Positions 63,263-64,000 of a stretch of DNA of 64,000 nucleotides are shown here, in pieces. Both the position numbers and the translations under genes were made by a program. This DNA is from Octopus sinensis. Taxonomy: Eukaryota. The stretch is from assembly GCF_006345805.1 (NCBI RefSeq), contig NC_043005.1, forward strand, positions 95,976,001-96,040,000, in the 5' to 3' direction. The notes under the pieces are model-generated. The model made no database searches and had not been told where the DNA came from. It saw only the letters and a list, made by a program, of their open reading frames with translations. Numbering within the stretch: the first letter of the stretch is position 1; every line of letters starts with the position of its first letter.

Positions 63263-63779
63263 ATATGTGTGTATGTTTGTCTCCTCACCATCACTTGACA
63301 ACTGATATTGGTGTGTTTACAACCCCTGTAACTTAGCAGTTCAGCAAAAGAGACCGATAGAATAAGTACTAAGCTTACAAAGAGTAAGTCTTGGGGTCGA
63401 TTTGTTTGACTAAAGGTGGTGCTCCAGCATGGCCAAAAATAAAAGAGTATATAAATATAATTAAATATATATATAAAATTAAAACAGGCTAAGTTTCATG
63501 AGGGTGAATGCTAAATATTACCACTATATAAAAACTGTTGCTAAATTTGATAAAACCCCCAAGGATTAAAATCTACACTGAAATAAATTGTAAGCTGGTA
63601 ATGTAATGTTTCTTAATTTTACTAATACCATCCAATCCATTTCCACTAACTCTCAATGGTTTTGTAGCAGATCTTCTATATACAAGCTCAATATATTAGA
63701 CAAACTTCCCTTCAAACACTCCACCACCATTCTTACATAAGCTAGTGAGGAGACTTCAGCATAGCTGCATTGTCTTTGT

Positions 63780-63970
63780 TACATTATTGCTTTGATTAAG
63801 GCAGCAAGTGGGTAGAATCATTAGTACGCCAGGCAAAAGGCTAAGTGGCTTTTCATCTGTCCGTACATTCTATGTTCAAATTCTACTGAGGTCAACTTTG
63901 TTTTTCATCTTTTTGAGTGACAATAAAATAAGTACCAGTTGAGCACTGGGGTCAATGTAATTGATTTACC
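63780..63970 (+). mobile_element. Meta-like SINE (decayed)
   Basis: gttcaaattctactgaggtcaactttg...aagtaccagttgagcactggggtc. Confidence 0.7.
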
Positions 63971-64000
63971 CACCTCCTCAGTATGATTTTAAATTACATC

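Noticed and set aside
1-64000. Apparent CpG retention in 1-15 kb versus depletion beyond 17 kb as a methylation-domain boundary
   Set aside because: Not counted systematically, and confounded by insertion age of the repeats

Overview
AT-rich animal DNA packed with repeats and microsatellites. The SINE, RTE and MITE families look like those of octopus (coleoid cephalopod), which is an inference. I can support only one intact protein-coding gene: an intronless, divergent cytoplasmic poly(A)-binding protein (4 RRMs + MLLE, minus strand, 5664-7556). It has CCAAT and CRE motifs upstream, and a block of Tx1/L1-clade LINE insertions follows it (7.8-14.9 kb; two insertions have 17-18 bp target-site duplications). 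The rest is decayed mobile DNA: RTE and Tx1 LINE pieces, Penelope-like elements (PLEs), mariner/pogo/Tc1 fragments, non-autonomous Helitrons, MITEs and dozens of tRNA-derived SINEs. There is also a sharp CpG-rich island at 19.0-19.5 kb. The most striking signal is a set of type I hammerhead ribozyme motifs from several unrelated families. Two have complete catalytic cores (34484-34534 + and 34983-35036 -). Others sit in head-to-head inverted PLE-type units (22.6-23.8, 27.1-27.5 and 61.9-62.2 kb), and one of these is fused to a tRNA-like Pol III head. All alignments, translations and folds were done by eye. Element boundaries without a TSD are approximate, and no host-gene exons could be assigned with confidence.
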